A stretch of DNA of 64,000 nucleotides from a bacterium (GCA_018401295.1 JAGYLJ010000001.1:27901-91900), one strand, 5' to 3'. Positions 20,257 to 30,020 are shown, counted from the first letter of the stretch. The notes: generated by a model from the letters alone, not told the origin. Numbers and translations: made by a program.

Positions 20257-21027
20257 ATGATTAATTATCAAGAAATTGAAAAATACTCTTACGCAAAGTA
20301 TATTTTTGAATTACAAAAACTTTGTCATATACATAAAGTTGATATAAAAATAATCGGTTATGAAAAATTTGAAAAAATAGACGAATCCTATCCTATTTAT
20401 AGAATAGAAATAAATCCTAAGGCTAAAAAAAGAATGTGTATAATGGCAGGGGTTCAGGCCTATGAAATTGCTGGCCCTTTGACCATGCTTGAATTATTCC
20501 AAGACCCTCATTCTTTTTTTGATAAGGATGTTTGTTATAGAATTTATCCTTTATTAAACCCAACTTCTTTTGATTTAAGACAGAGACCGGATGATGACGG
20601 TGTTGATCTTAATGAATTAACACCTCAATCTATAAGAGGAAGAAAATTTGGTGAAGTAAAATGTTTCTATGAAGATATTAAAGATTGGGAAATGGATATT
20701 TTCGTTAGTTTACATGAAGATGTTGATTCAAGTTTTTTTTATATGTATGTTTACGAGAATGAAAAAGTCCCTGTTTATAGAAAAATAATAGAAAGATGGA
20801 ACCTTGAACCAGGCTTGGTTTTAAAAGATAAAAAAATATACGGTGATATTACTGATGGTAATGGAATTTTAATTAACAAATATGATAATTCTATAGAAGA
20901 TTATTTGTATTCTAAAAAAATGACAAAAATTTCTTTATGCACAGAAACTCCCGGTTTATTGCCTTTGGAAAAAAGAATTAAAATGAACATAGAAAACATC
21001 AGGATCCTAAAAAGATCTTTGTTTTAA
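20257..21027 (+). CDS. M14/succinylglutamate desuccinylase-like hydrolase
   Basis: AGVQAYE.AG (the usual His is Gln), P.LNP, DLN, SLHED and TETP motifs. Confidence 0.65.
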   Translation: MINYQEIEKYSYAKYIFELQKLCHIHKVDIKIIGYEKFEKIDESYPIYRIEINPKAKKRMCIMAGVQAYEIAGPLTMLELFQDPHSFFDKDVCYRIYPLLNPTSFDLRQRPDDDGVDLNELTPQSIRGRKFGEVKCFYEDIKDWEMDIFVSLHEDVDSSFFYMYVYENEKVPVYRKIIERWNLEPGLVLKDKKIYGDITDGNGILINKYDNSIEDYLYSKKMTKISLCTETPGLLPLEKRIKMNIENIRILKRSLF

Positions 21028-21047
21028 ACATATTAAAAGGGGAGTAA

Positions 21048-21449
21048 TTAGTTATTTAAGCACATTGTTTCTTTTGAAACTGTGCCCATAATTATTTGTT
21101 TGACGCACCCTGTTACTAATTCGTCAGGATAGCAAGTTCCCTCTATATTTTTTAGGGGGTCATCAATGAGAATGATTTTTTGTTCTTCGGTTAATGTTGG
21201 TGGAAAACAAACTCCACTTTTACACTGACCACCGTCGGTACATATTTCACCAGATTCTTTATAAGATAAAAGACAGAAATTTTCTTCAACCGACCACTTT
21301 CCACCTGCAACTTCGCAGTCTTGTTTATTTCCTGGTTGATTATGCCCCGGCAAAAGTGAATATAAAATACCTAAAGAAATCCCAGATAAGATAATAATTA
21401 TAATAACCACGGAAATGATTATTAGGTTTTTATTTTCTTTTAAGTTCAT
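21048..21449 (-). CDS. Membrane-anchored Cys-rich hypothetical protein
   Basis: TM anchor, C...GG.W and CTDGGQCKSGVC motifs. Confidence 0.7.
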   Translation of the reverse strand: MNLKENKNLIIISVVIIIIILSGISLGILYSLLPGHNQPGNKQDCEVAGGKWSVEENFCLLSYKESGEICTDGGQCKSGVCFPPTLTEEQKIILIDDPLKNIEGTCYPDELVTGCVKQIIMGTVSKETMCLNN

Positions 21450-21535
21450 ATCTATAATACTATCAAGAAACAGCCTTATTAGCGATATTTTTGGCGTAGT
21501 TGATTAAGTATTCTTTTTTATTGTTAGGAATGTAA

Positions 21536-21919
21536 TTAAAACATTCTCCAGAAATCTCTAAAATATTCTTCTTGTTTTTTGAAATAATCTTCCATTGCTT
21601 TCTGTTTTTCTAGTATCTCGTTGTGAATTTGATCTACATCTTCTTTTGTTAATGGGCTAGAAGTAGAGTAAGTTGTAGAATCTTTGCCATCAAAGGTGGT
21701 TACCATTTCACTACGAAAACCGTAGGGTGATGAAATCGTTTGAGTTGTTGCATCGTCTTGAGTTAGCTTGTTAGTTTTATTTTCATCGATTGTTGTAATC
21801 ATCTTATCGGTATTGTTGAACTGATAAAGATTTGCTCCAATACTTACTAATAATAATGCTAATAAAAACAAGATATTGTTTTTTAGATATCCTAATGTAT
21901 CTTCTTTTTTATTTTCCAT
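21536..21919 (-). CDS. Membrane-anchored hypothetical protein
   Basis: 127-aa ORF with one TM and a helical C-terminus. Confidence 0.65.
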   Translation of the reverse strand: MENKKEDTLGYLKNNILFLLALLLVSIGANLYQFNNTDKMITTIDENKTNKLTQDDATTQTISSPYGFRSEMVTTFDGKDSTTYSTSSPLTKEDVDQIHNEILEKQKAMEDYFKKQEEYFRDFWRMF

Positions 21920-22014
21920 ATATTTTATTTAAATTAAAGATTCTAATAAAATTAGGGTAAATAAGATCTTGTTTAGCATTATATTACAAAGATATATTTT
22001 TTTTCAAGTTTAAA

Positions 22015-22440
22015 TTAATTATTGGTTGGCCAGATATAATCTATCTTAGGTTTTTCTTTCCAGTTAAATTTTTTGTAGTGGGATTGATTCTTTTTAAGAA
22101 GGGCGGCTCTGTGCGATGAATGAAATTTTTCATTGCCTAACCAATTCGGGTAGATTACTTTGCCAAATCTTAAAGGTCTCATTGGGGTTTTCACTTTCTC
22201 TCTTGTCTTGATTTCTTTAAGCATCTCATTTGCATATTCTTTCAGTGAATTAGAATATCCTTCCCACATGAACCTTGCTGGATGGTTAAGAAAACCTCTA
22301 TATTTTCTACCGGATTTAGTTTTTCCCGTCGTAATAATATTTATTATCTGCCTGGCTTCAACCAATTGTTTAAACAATCTTTTATCATCCAAAACTTCAG
22401 CAGTTTTTTTAAAGTCCTTATAGGGTAAAAATGTTTGCAT
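22015..22440 (-). CDS. Pyrimidine-dimer DNA glycosylase/endonuclease V-like protein (MSMEG_6728 family)
   Basis: MQTFLPY, LD.KRL.KQ.VE..QI, HPA..MW.GY, H.SHR..LL.K and Y.WP motifs. Confidence 0.85.
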   Translation of the reverse strand: MQTFLPYKDFKKTAEVLDDKRLFKQLVEARQIINIITTGKTKSGRKYRGFLNHPARFMWEGYSNSLKEYANEMLKEIKTREKVKTPMRPLRFGKVIYPNWLGNEKFHSSHRAALLKKNQSHYKKFNWKEKPKIDYIWPTNN

Positions 22441-22541
22441 GATTACTTTTTAGATTTCTTCTTTGTGAGATATAAAAATTTAGATAAAGGCTTATTAATA
22501 TAAGAGCTATATCTAAAAATAAAGTTATTTTAGTCTGCTTT

Positions 22542-23132
22542 TTATATAGTAATATCTCTTCTTTCTTTGACAAATCCTATACGTTTATTCTGTTCTGTCT
22601 TTTTTATAAAATGAGTAAGAGCTTTTTCATACTTATCTATTCCGTGTTGTTTTTGGCTTTCAATATAAGCGACCCTGATGCGTTGATATGAAGGTGGCAT
22701 TTTCTTAAAATATTTCCAAGCATCTTTATTAGCTCGTAATGCTTTTAATATATTTGCAGAAATTATGAAATCTCGTGGACTGTCTATTTCTGGATTGAAT
22801 ACATAGGAGACGGATTCAAACCCCCATTTTGTCATTTTTTTCTCACTTATAAGTTCATAAATGCGTTCTTTATTCATTTGAGATAACTGGCTTTTTGATT
22901 TACGCAACGAGAAGCGTTGGGCAAAAGTTTCATTATCAATTTTTTTGATGATACTATCAATCCATCCATAACAAAGAGCCTCTAACACTGCGTCATCATA
23001 AGAAATACGAGGTTTATTAGTCTCTTTGCGATAATATATAAGCCACACTTCCTTTTGATTTTTATGATTTTTTGCTAGCCATCTTCGCCAATCTTTTCTA
23101 TTAGTTACATAAAGAGTATTTTTGATTTCCAT
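22542..23132 (-). CDS. YdeI/OmpD-associated family protein
   Basis: WRRWL..NH, EALCYGWIDS and QRFS.RK motifs. Confidence 0.85.
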   Translation of the reverse strand: MEIKNTLYVTNRKDWRRWLAKNHKNQKEVWLIYYRKETNKPRISYDDAVLEALCYGWIDSIIKKIDNETFAQRFSLRKSKSQLSQMNKERIYELISEKKMTKWGFESVSYVFNPEIDSPRDFIISANILKALRANKDAWKYFKKMPPSYQRIRVAYIESQKQHGIDKYEKALTHFIKKTEQNKRIGFVKERRDITI

Positions 23133-23223
23133 ATTTTAATAATAACAAAAACACTCAAGAGTTCCAACCAAATTTAAGTTTAAAAACGTTGACTAACTGA
23201 CTACATTTTTTCCATTTTTTTTG

Positions 23224-23472
23224 CTACTTTTTATCTCTTTCAACCACAATGGTGCATTTTGTGGTAAGTGCTGCTAAAGTTCCAACCATTGCCAGAACAG
23301 GTGCAATAAGAACACCTATTGCCCCAACTGTTAATGGTATTTCTACTACTGTCTTATTTTCTTCATTTCTGATACTAATTTTTCTTACATTCCCCTCGTG
23401 TATAATTTCTTTGATTTTTTTTAGTAAATCTTCTCCACTTACTTTAAATTCCTCTTTCTCATTTGTTTCCAT
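23224..23472 (-). CDS. DUF4342 family protein
   Basis: KIKEIIHEGNVRKI.I and EIPLTVG motifs. Confidence 0.85.
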   Translation of the reverse strand: METNEKEEFKVSGEDLLKKIKEIIHEGNVRKISIRNEENKTVVEIPLTVGAIGVLIAPVLAMVGTLAALTTKCTIVVERDKK

Positions 23473-23639
23473 ATCTATTTAAGCCGTGAAAGTTTTGAAC
23501 TTATTACAGTTAGAATATAAAAGCCAATTTCTTTGTCTAGTAAATAGCCTGTCTGCTTTTGGAGCGACGTTCGGATTTTTTGTTTGTTGGGTAGAAAATA
23601 AGAAAAACCCACCAAAGTCGATTTTTCTATTGGTGGAAT

Positions 23640-23849
23640 TTAAAGTTGTCCATCTTTTTCCCAACAATCACAACAGACTGGACCGTTCTCTGTTATGTAA
23701 TGTCCTTCAGTTTTTCTTACCTCTTTGCATAAATTACATATCTCCTGTTTTTTGAATGACTCGCATGTTCTACATAATGGGATACAAATTTGTCTTTCAC
23801 ACCTTATACACTTTATTACATCTTTACATTCGTTATTACAGATTATCAT
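23640..23849 (-). CDS. Small Cys-rich (multi-CxxC) putative zinc-binding protein
   Basis: 69 aa with about five Cys pairs; strong AGGAGG ribosome-binding site upstream. Confidence 0.65.
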   Translation of the reverse strand: MIICNNECKDVIKCIRCERQICIPLCRTCESFKKQEICNLCKEVRKTEGHYITENGPVCCDCWEKDGQL

Positions 23850-23936
23850 GTCTCCTACCTCCTATATAATTTAATTTAAGTAAAAAAACAAACTCCCTAT
23901 TTTTAAGTATAGGAAATCATAAAAACAAAGTAAAGG

Positions 23937-23962
23937 GGTCCGAATATGGTGAAAAGTCTCGT
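23937..23962 (+). repeat. 26-bp direct repeat, copy 1 (copy 2 at 29879-29904)
   Basis: ggtccgaatatggtgaaaagtctcgt vs ggttcgaacatggggaaaagtctcgt, 23/26 identical. Confidence 0.7.
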
Positions 23963-23974
23963 CTTTAATATTCC

Positions 23975-25153
23975 TTACCAATTTAAATCAGCCTCTTTTG
24001 ATTGTATTCCTCTCCATTTTGCATATAACCAGCGTCCTTTTCGTTCTAATATCCACCACACCAATAGGACAAGAGCCGAGATATTTAACCACATAGGAGT
24101 AGGGGAGAGTTCATTTGATAATTCCCACAAGTTTACCCATCGGACGTTAATATACCCATCAACCGTCTCAACATTATTTATCAAAGATATATCTTCTTCG
24201 TTTAAATTGGTTATGTTTCTTTCAGCTCTTTCAATTTGAGAATTAATTTGGTTAATTTGTGTACGATAGTCTTTGTTTGCTTTCGATAACTCTCCTTGTA
24301 GAGTAGTTAAACGAGTTAAAGACGTTGCCAACTGTTGGCGCAAAAGATTTAAAGCCCCTTGGTCGTTCTCACCTGTGTTTTCTATGGTAATTTTAAGGGC
24401 TTGAATTTGAGATTCAAGGGTGGTTATTTGAGCTTCAATAGATTTGATTTGTTGTTTATAGAAGTTATCTAAGTTAATTTTTTTCTGCCTCAGTTCAGAC
24501 AGGGATTCTTCTTCGTTTTCCATTCTTTGTTCAATATCCTGTTTTTGATACAAAAGATTCGATGATGAAGTGTTTTCTACAATTAATTTTTTATTGGTAA
24601 TCTCTTCTATTTCAGATTTGAATTCAAAAAAATTGTTTTTTGGGATAACAAAGGAGATATACCCATATTTTTCAGAATCATTAACGTTATCTATTCTTCC
24701 GCTGACTTGTTGGACAAGTAACCCAACTTCCCTTATGATCCTCGAAACGTTTCTTGTCTTAATATTAGAGGAATAATTTAACTTTAGAAATTCTCGGGTA
24801 TCGGTAATATCATTAAGGGTATCGTAATAACGAGGAGCCATTGTTTTATAAGCAAAATCTTCGGTATTTGTTTCCATTTCCACCTGTTCCATAACAGAAG
24901 TGTTAAAGACTTCTGTCATCTTACCATTGGGAACGTTCCCTATAATCATGATTACCATTACGACAGTAATTGGAATTAATCTCCACCCCCATGCATATTT
25001 CGAACTAAGGGGGCTTATTATAGACTGGTTATGATCACCTATTGGGAAGTGCTTCATGTATTCTGTTATTGTATCGTGCATTTTCTCACTTTCTTTTTTA
25101 CTGAGATGAATATTTTTTAAAGCATCGGTGATTTTTTTGAATTGATTAGTCAT
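23975..25153 (-). CDS. DUF4349-like coiled-coil membrane protein, probable anti-sigma partner
   Basis: Directly downstream of the ECF sigma gene; short cytoplasmic N-terminus, TM, ferredoxin-like segment, coiled coil and C-terminal TM. Confidence 0.6.
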   Translation of the reverse strand: MTNQFKKITDALKNIHLSKKESEKMHDTITEYMKHFPIGDHNQSIISPLSSKYAWGWRLIPITVVMVIMIIGNVPNGKMTEVFNTSVMEQVEMETNTEDFAYKTMAPRYYDTLNDITDTREFLKLNYSSNIKTRNVSRIIREVGLLVQQVSGRIDNVNDSEKYGYISFVIPKNNFFEFKSEIEEITNKKLIVENTSSSNLLYQKQDIEQRMENEEESLSELRQKKINLDNFYKQQIKSIEAQITTLESQIQALKITIENTGENDQGALNLLRQQLATSLTRLTTLQGELSKANKDYRTQINQINSQIERAERNITNLNEEDISLINNVETVDGYINVRWVNLWELSNELSPTPMWLNISALVLLVWWILERKGRWLYAKWRGIQSKEADLNW

Positions 25154-25157
25154 GATG

Positions 25158-25649
25158 TTAGTTTTTAGTTAGTTCTTTTAATGAAGCAAGACCCCGGTGA
25201 ATCCTTACTGATATTGCGTTTTCTTTTTCTCCTAAATGCTTGGCGATTTCTTTAGGAGACCATCCTTCCACAAATCGTAACATTACAACTGTTTTGGATT
25301 TTGCATCAAGTTTGTTTAATAGAGATAAAGCCCATTTTCCTTCGGCTTCAAGGGAAGGATCTTTGGTATGTTGTTCGTCTGGAATTTGTGAGGCGTCTTT
25401 TTCGTCGAGAGGGAGAGCTTTCTTTTTTCGATACCAGTCAATAATCAAGTTATTGAGAGTGGTAAACAAAAAGGCTTTTAGGTTTTTGATAGCTTTTCCT
25501 TCATATAAATGTTTCCAGGTTTTCATAAAGGCCTCTTGGGTAAGGTCGAGTGCCTGTTCTCGGTTACTTACGCGAACATAACAATACCGAAACATTGCGT
25601 CGGAATAATCGGTATGAGCTGTCACAAATTTTTCTTGAACTTTATTCAT
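25158..25649 (-). CDS. ECF RNA polymerase sigma factor
   Basis: ALDLTQEAFMKTW, NLIIDWYRK and SPKEIA...VRIHRG motifs (regions 2 and 4). Confidence 0.9.
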   Translation of the reverse strand: MNKVQEKFVTAHTDYSDAMFRYCYVRVSNREQALDLTQEAFMKTWKHLYEGKAIKNLKAFLFTTLNNLIIDWYRKKKALPLDEKDASQIPDEQHTKDPSLEAEGKWALSLLNKLDAKSKTVVMLRFVEGWSPKEIAKHLGEKENAISVRIHRGLASLKELTKN

Positions 25650-25835
25650 ATGTTTCGTGTTAATAATATAGACGTATGTAACCAGGTTTTCTTACGAGAT
25701 CTATTTTATACCACTGTGTTTACTTTAACGAACTTGATTATATATTAAATTCAATAAAAAAGACCCCTTTTTGTTGTAGGGTCCTAAAAAGGGTTCTTTC
25801 CACCATTATTTACCCTGGGGGGCAGATAACTTGCG

Positions 25836-26567
25836 TTAAATTGCAGGTCTAATCTCAATATATCTCTTTTTCCAAGCACTTTTAAATTTTTCTACAGAAA
25901 TTTTTCCTTGGCCGTCGGCCGGGTCGCTGTAATTTAAAGTATCACCATCAATACCGTTGATGACAACGAGGTGGGGAATTGGGTTTGTTGGTTCAAAAGT
26001 GTAATGAACTGAAGCAATGACAGGGCCTTCCTTCAGAGACATTTCAAGTTTTCCAAAAGCTGTTTCAATATTAGATGATGAATAGTCATGAGTTTTCCCC
26101 GAGAGCCCGTGATTTTCTGCCAGTAGTGCCAATCCTTGGTGTGACCAACCTGCGTTCTTTATATAGGCACCAGATTTTATTCCTTCGTCAAGTAGGGAAT
26201 CAGTCGTAATTTCTTGGGGTTTGTAATAATTAATAAGCATATTCAAACTGGCAATTCCACAACCGATTTTTTTCCAACTTACAGTACTGATGTCACTAAA
26301 TTGTGAAAAGTAGGGAACGTCAAAAAAACTTATTGAAGTTGAGGTAGATTCAATCTTTGTTTTAACAGGTTCTCTAAAAATTTCTAGTGTTTTTGGTTTG
26401 ATTGGAGAAGAGTTTATTTTTTCTATAAATTGTAAACTATTTTTTAGAATTTCTTTTTTAATTGGCGAGTCAATTTCGGAATTAACAGGTGTTGCATCAA
26501 AAAAAACCAAAAAGGTGCTTAAAGCACCTGTAATTAATATTATGAAAGTGATTTTTTTATACCTCAA
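25836..26567 (-). CDS. Secreted C39-like cysteine peptidase
   Basis: VPYFSQ, GCGIASL.M, HLVVI.G and Y.DP motifs. Confidence 0.8.
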   Translation of the reverse strand: MRYKKITFIILITGALSTFLVFFDATPVNSEIDSPIKKEILKNSLQFIEKINSSPIKPKTLEIFREPVKTKIESTSTSISFFDVPYFSQFSDISTVSWKKIGCGIASLNMLINYYKPQEITTDSLLDEGIKSGAYIKNAGWSHQGLALLAENHGLSGKTHDYSSSNIETAFGKLEMSLKEGPVIASVHYTFEPTNPIPHLVVINGIDGDTLNYSDPADGQGKISVEKFKSAWKKRYIEIRPAI

Positions 26568-26639
26568 ATCACCTAGAAGTTTACATCATCCATTCGGTCT
26601 CCACAATTAACTTTCTTGTAAAGTTGTTGTCTGATTTAT

Positions 26640-27590
26640 TTAGTCTTTTACGATTACATGAGTCCCTATTCCTGCCCAATTATACAATTTACGAGCAATG
26701 TCTGGGGGAAGATTAACACAACCATGAGAATATTCTTCTCCAAAACTAGTATGCCAATATGCTCCGTGTATGACTGCTCCTCCGTGGGTAAAATATAGAT
26801 TCCATGGGACGCCAGGTAAGTCGTAATAATTACTACCAGTAATTTCTGGAATCGGTCCTTGCATGTATCGGCTCGGAGTTTTCCTAAAAATAATAAACTC
26901 TCCTTTGGGAGTAGGGCTTAATTCCAAGCCAGTAGATATTTTTTCTTCCATAAATAATTTATCGTCTTCATAGGCATAAAGAGTTTGTGTTGAGCGCTCA
27001 ACAATGATTTTTTTTGTAGTTGTAGTGGCATATTCGGTATTTGTTGTCGTTTTTATTCCTTCATCAAGAAGCACTTTTACGTAATTTGAGTTTACATAAA
27101 AATCTCCCTCTGCTCTTTCTGGATAACGAAGCCATTCATCAAAAACAATTTTGTACCAAACTTGTCCATCTCGTTCAACTTTTCCATCAACTTTTAATAT
27201 GAGGGAGTTTCTTAGTTGTTTTACTATAGGGTATTCTTCCCCTGGTCCAGAGCGAAGATTTAAACATTCTCCTTCAAAGTGAGGACCACATCCATCTGTA
27301 ACCTCAACATATTCAAAAAGTGGTTTTTTAATAGGAATAATTATGTCATCTGATGGATCGTCATTGGTACATTTGATCATAGCAACTTGTTCTTCGTGAA
27401 GAAATGGACTTGTCGCAGCTTCAAGGATTTTCAGTTCGTTAGTATTTATATAACTTTGCAGATTAGATGTCCTTATGTTTGTAAGGATATCTGGTTTGAT
27501 TATTATTAAAATAATAAAAGAAGTAAGGATAAATATTGTTCCTAACAAGATAAAGATTATTTGATCGTGATATTTTCTGGTTACGTACAT
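26640..27590 (-). CDS. L,D-transpeptidase (YkuD) with SH3b-like domain
   Basis: LNLRSGPG, TPKGEF and IHGAYWH...SHGCVN motifs. Confidence 0.88.
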   Translation of the reverse strand: MYVTRKYHDQIIFILLGTIFILTSFIILIIIKPDILTNIRTSNLQSYINTNELKILEAATSPFLHEEQVAMIKCTNDDPSDDIIIPIKKPLFEYVEVTDGCGPHFEGECLNLRSGPGEEYPIVKQLRNSLILKVDGKVERDGQVWYKIVFDEWLRYPERAEGDFYVNSNYVKVLLDEGIKTTTNTEYATTTTKKIIVERSTQTLYAYEDDKLFMEEKISTGLELSPTPKGEFIIFRKTPSRYMQGPIPEITGSNYYDLPGVPWNLYFTHGGAVIHGAYWHTSFGEEYSHGCVNLPPDIARKLYNWAGIGTHVIVKD

Positions 27591-27597
27591 AATATAA

Positions 27598-27750
27598 CTA
27601 TTTTAGTGGATTTTCTCCGCGGATGACTCTAATTAAAAACAGAATAATAGCTATAACTAAAAGGATATGAATAAATCCTCCTAAAATATGGAAACCGACA
27701 AAACCCAAAAGCCATAAAACTATTAAAATAATTGCAATTGTTGTAAGCAT
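27598..27750 (-). CDS. lmo0937-family small membrane protein (50 aa, below the ORF-track cutoff)
   Basis: Hand translation: MLTTIAIILIVLWLLGFVGFHILGGFIHILLVIAIILFLIRVIRGENPLK. Confidence 0.85.
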   Translation of the reverse strand: MLTTIAIILIVLWLLGFVGFHILGGFIHILLVIAIILFLIRVIRGENPLK

Positions 27751-27819
27751 AGAATTAAAAATTAAATAATTGATAATGCATTAAATATGGACTTAATTAA
27801 TAAAATAGATACCTAAATA

Positions 27820-28023
27820 GCCGTCCAGATAGACTTTTAATTACAGAAAAGAAGACCTTTTAGATATTTTTTCTCCTTTGGTAAACTCAGGATCAAAATA
27901 TTTCAAGGCTTTTCGAGCCCTATAATGGAAGAGGACTAAAAAAGCCCTAACGCTAACGCGTCAGGACTTAGCTAGTTTTAGCTTCGGGGAGTGTCCGCCA
28001 GCTGGCGGAGATTGTTCGGACCT
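27820..28023. repeat. Folded junction element, copy 1 (degenerate)
   Basis: Colinear with 30003-30181: ttacagaa...accttttRgatatttttt...aaaatatYtcaa.gcttttcgagYcct...hairpin...tagct. Confidence 0.75.
27994..28009. repeat. 16-bp perfect palindrome TCCGCCAGCTGGCGGA (REP-like)
   Basis: GC-rich palindrome in AT-rich DNA; 15/16 match at 56925-56940. Confidence 0.85.
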
Positions 28024-28090
28024 GTGTGATGTTAAATATGGTTGGGTAGGGGATAGAAAAACCGCATAAGAGAGAAAAATTGCAAGAATT

Positions 28091-28408
28091 TTAAAATGGA
28101 TGACAAATCTCTTCTTCATCTCCCTCGCAGAAGAAACAACTTTTTTCGACATTAATATAATTTTCTTCTAAAGAATAATTGTAAAAAGTTTTAGAACTGC
28201 ATCCTGCATCTCCTGTACTCCCATATAATTTTATGTTTTCTTCGTTTATTCCTTGGAATTTATCGGGAGTTCCAAACCATTTATATATATTTTTTACTTG
28301 CTCAGGGGTACCTGTTTTTATAATTTCGTTTCTCTGTTCGGTAAGATTTTTATGGTACAAATACCAGGGTGTATTTTTACCCCCATCAATATCCTCTCTT
28401 TTTGCTAT
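28091..28408 (-). pseudogene. Degraded hypothetical gene
   Basis: The frame of track ORF 28091..28360 is open upstream to an ATA placed just after a TATAAT (possible mutated start). No recognisable family. Confidence 0.3.
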
Positions 28409-28530
28409 ATTAATTATATCAAGTTTTGTATCGTAAAGGATGAACTTAAAACCTCCTCCACCATATCAACAAGATAATGATGTTCAACTTGTTGATATTG
28501 GTGAAAAACCAGAATTTCGTTAACTTTTTC

Positions 28531-28564
28531 AACCCCTGATTGCTTATGTAATCAGGGGTTTTTT
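28531..28564 (+). terminator. Intrinsic terminator
   Basis: aacccctgattgc-ttat-gtaatcaggggtt followed by a T run. Confidence 0.75.
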
Positions 28565-28579
28565 GATATAATAAATAGT

Positions 28580-29317
28580 ATGAAAAAATATGAGATTATC
28601 TCTTCTTTTAAATCTCTTCCTATTGAGATTTTTTGGTATCCAGCTGATAAAAAAACCTTACAAACAATCTTTTTTTTAAAAGGTTTGTATGGCTTACATG
28701 ATCCTAAATCTCAAGATTCTTGGGATAATGAAATTATAAAAGAAGCTAAAAGAAAATATAATTTTGTTTGTATTAATACCGCTAGGGAAAAAATAGATTC
28801 ACCAGAAAAACATTCTCAAGAAGCTTTCGCTCAAAAAACATTTAAAAAAGAATGTGATGATATTTATAGAGCTTATCTATATTTAACAGAGAAAAATATC
28901 TTAAAGAAAACTCAAAAAATCTCAATCATTGGAAACTCTTTCGGTGGGACAACTCTCTTAGGTATTCCGGAATTAATCAAACAAAGTTCTTCTATCATTA
29001 TGATTGGTAGTGGTTGTGGAAAAAGTGCAACAACTATCAAGCCTTTATTAAAAACATTATTTAGTGAAAAGAAGCTTTTAAAATCAATTAGTCAATATCA
29101 AGGAGTCTTTGTTTATGTAAGGGGTTCAGATGACAACGTGGTGCCTCAAGCATCTCAAAATAAGATTATTGAAGCTGTTTCTAAAGCTTCTATAAAAATT
29201 GTTTATACTCTACAAAATGCTCAACATAATTTATCTAATTCTTTGGATTTTTCAACCCACGATCGTGGTAAAATATTAAGTTCTATTTTGGATCATACTG
29301 TCTTTTTGACTAAATAA
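28580..29317 (+). CDS. Alpha/beta-hydrolase fold protein
   Basis: GNSFGG nucleophile elbow, G.DDNVVP and AQH motifs. Confidence 0.8.
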   Translation: MKKYEIISSFKSLPIEIFWYPADKKTLQTIFFLKGLYGLHDPKSQDSWDNEIIKEAKRKYNFVCINTAREKIDSPEKHSQEAFAQKTFKKECDDIYRAYLYLTEKNILKKTQKISIIGNSFGGTTLLGIPELIKQSSSIIMIGSGCGKSATTIKPLLKTLFSEKKLLKSISQYQGVFVYVRGSDDNVVPQASQNKIIEAVSKASIKIVYTLQNAQHNLSNSLDFSTHDRGKILSSILDHTVFLTK

Positions 29318-29352
29318 TTTAAATTAAAATAAGAAAGTATAATAAAAAAATT

Positions 29353-29877
29353 ATGGAATATTTAGAAATTTTAAAAGACAGTGATATTTTTAAAAATCCT
29401 GAACATCAGGAACCTGATTCTTATGAAGAAAGACAAACTGTTAAAGTTATTGTCCTAAATGAAAAAGGGGAGGTTGCTTTGGTAACTAATCCTATTCATA
29501 AACTTTTTTTATTGCCTGGTGGAGGAGCAGAAAGTAATGATTTAGAAAAAGAAGCTGAAAGGGAGGCCTTAGAAGAAATTAATTATTTTGTAAAAATAAC
29601 AAAAGAAGTTGGAAAAATTGAAGAGTTTAGAAACAGAAACGCTAAGCACTACATAACGACTTGTTTCCTTGCAAAAACAATAAGTGAAAATCAGGAGGAT
29701 TTAAGAACAGAAGAAGAAAAGAAGAATGGTTTAATTGTTCAGTGGTTTTCTTATGATGAAGCTTTAAAAATTTTAAGTGGCCAAGTTGAAAAAGTTAAGA
29801 ATGGAGAAGTGGAATTTTATAATACTGCTTTTAATATTATCCGTGATTATTATTTTGTAGATTTAGCAAAATTATAA
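29353..29877 (+). CDS. NUDIX hydrolase
   Basis: LPGGG...AEREALEE Nudix box. Confidence 0.85.
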   Translation: MEYLEILKDSDIFKNPEHQEPDSYEERQTVKVIVLNEKGEVALVTNPIHKLFLLPGGGAESNDLEKEAEREALEEINYFVKITKEVGKIEEFRNRNAKHYITTCFLAKTISENQEDLRTEEEKKNGLIVQWFSYDEALKILSGQVEKVKNGEVEFYNTAFNIIRDYYFVDLAKL

Positions 29878-29878
29878 A

Positions 29879-29904
29879 GGTTCGAACATGGGGAAAAGTC
29901 TCGT
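29879..29904 (+). repeat. 26-bp direct repeat, copy 2
   Basis: See 23937-23962. Confidence 0.7.
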
Positions 29905-29996
29905 TAGGCTAAAACATCAAAAATGTTCGCTCGAATATTTTTTAATAAAAATATTTTAGAGGGTGTAAAAAAATATGGCTTTGTTAGGCCGTATTT

Positions 29997-30020
29997 TTGT
30001 CTGCTCCGGCGGCAGGGCTC
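29997..30020 (-). repeat. Distal att site: 24-bp duplicate of the tRNA-Asn 3' end
   Basis: ttgtctgctccggcggcagggctc is identical to 56561-56584. Confidence 0.92.

Noticed and set aside
20257..23849. Classical integron cassette array
   Set aside because: No IntI gene, and no attC-like RYYYAAC...GTTRRRY hairpins found between the genes.
28438..28523. Plus-strand fragment ...PPPPYQQDNDVQLVDIGEKPEFR* before a terminator
   Set aside because: Probably the 3' remnant of a lost gene, but it has no start and is too short to assign.
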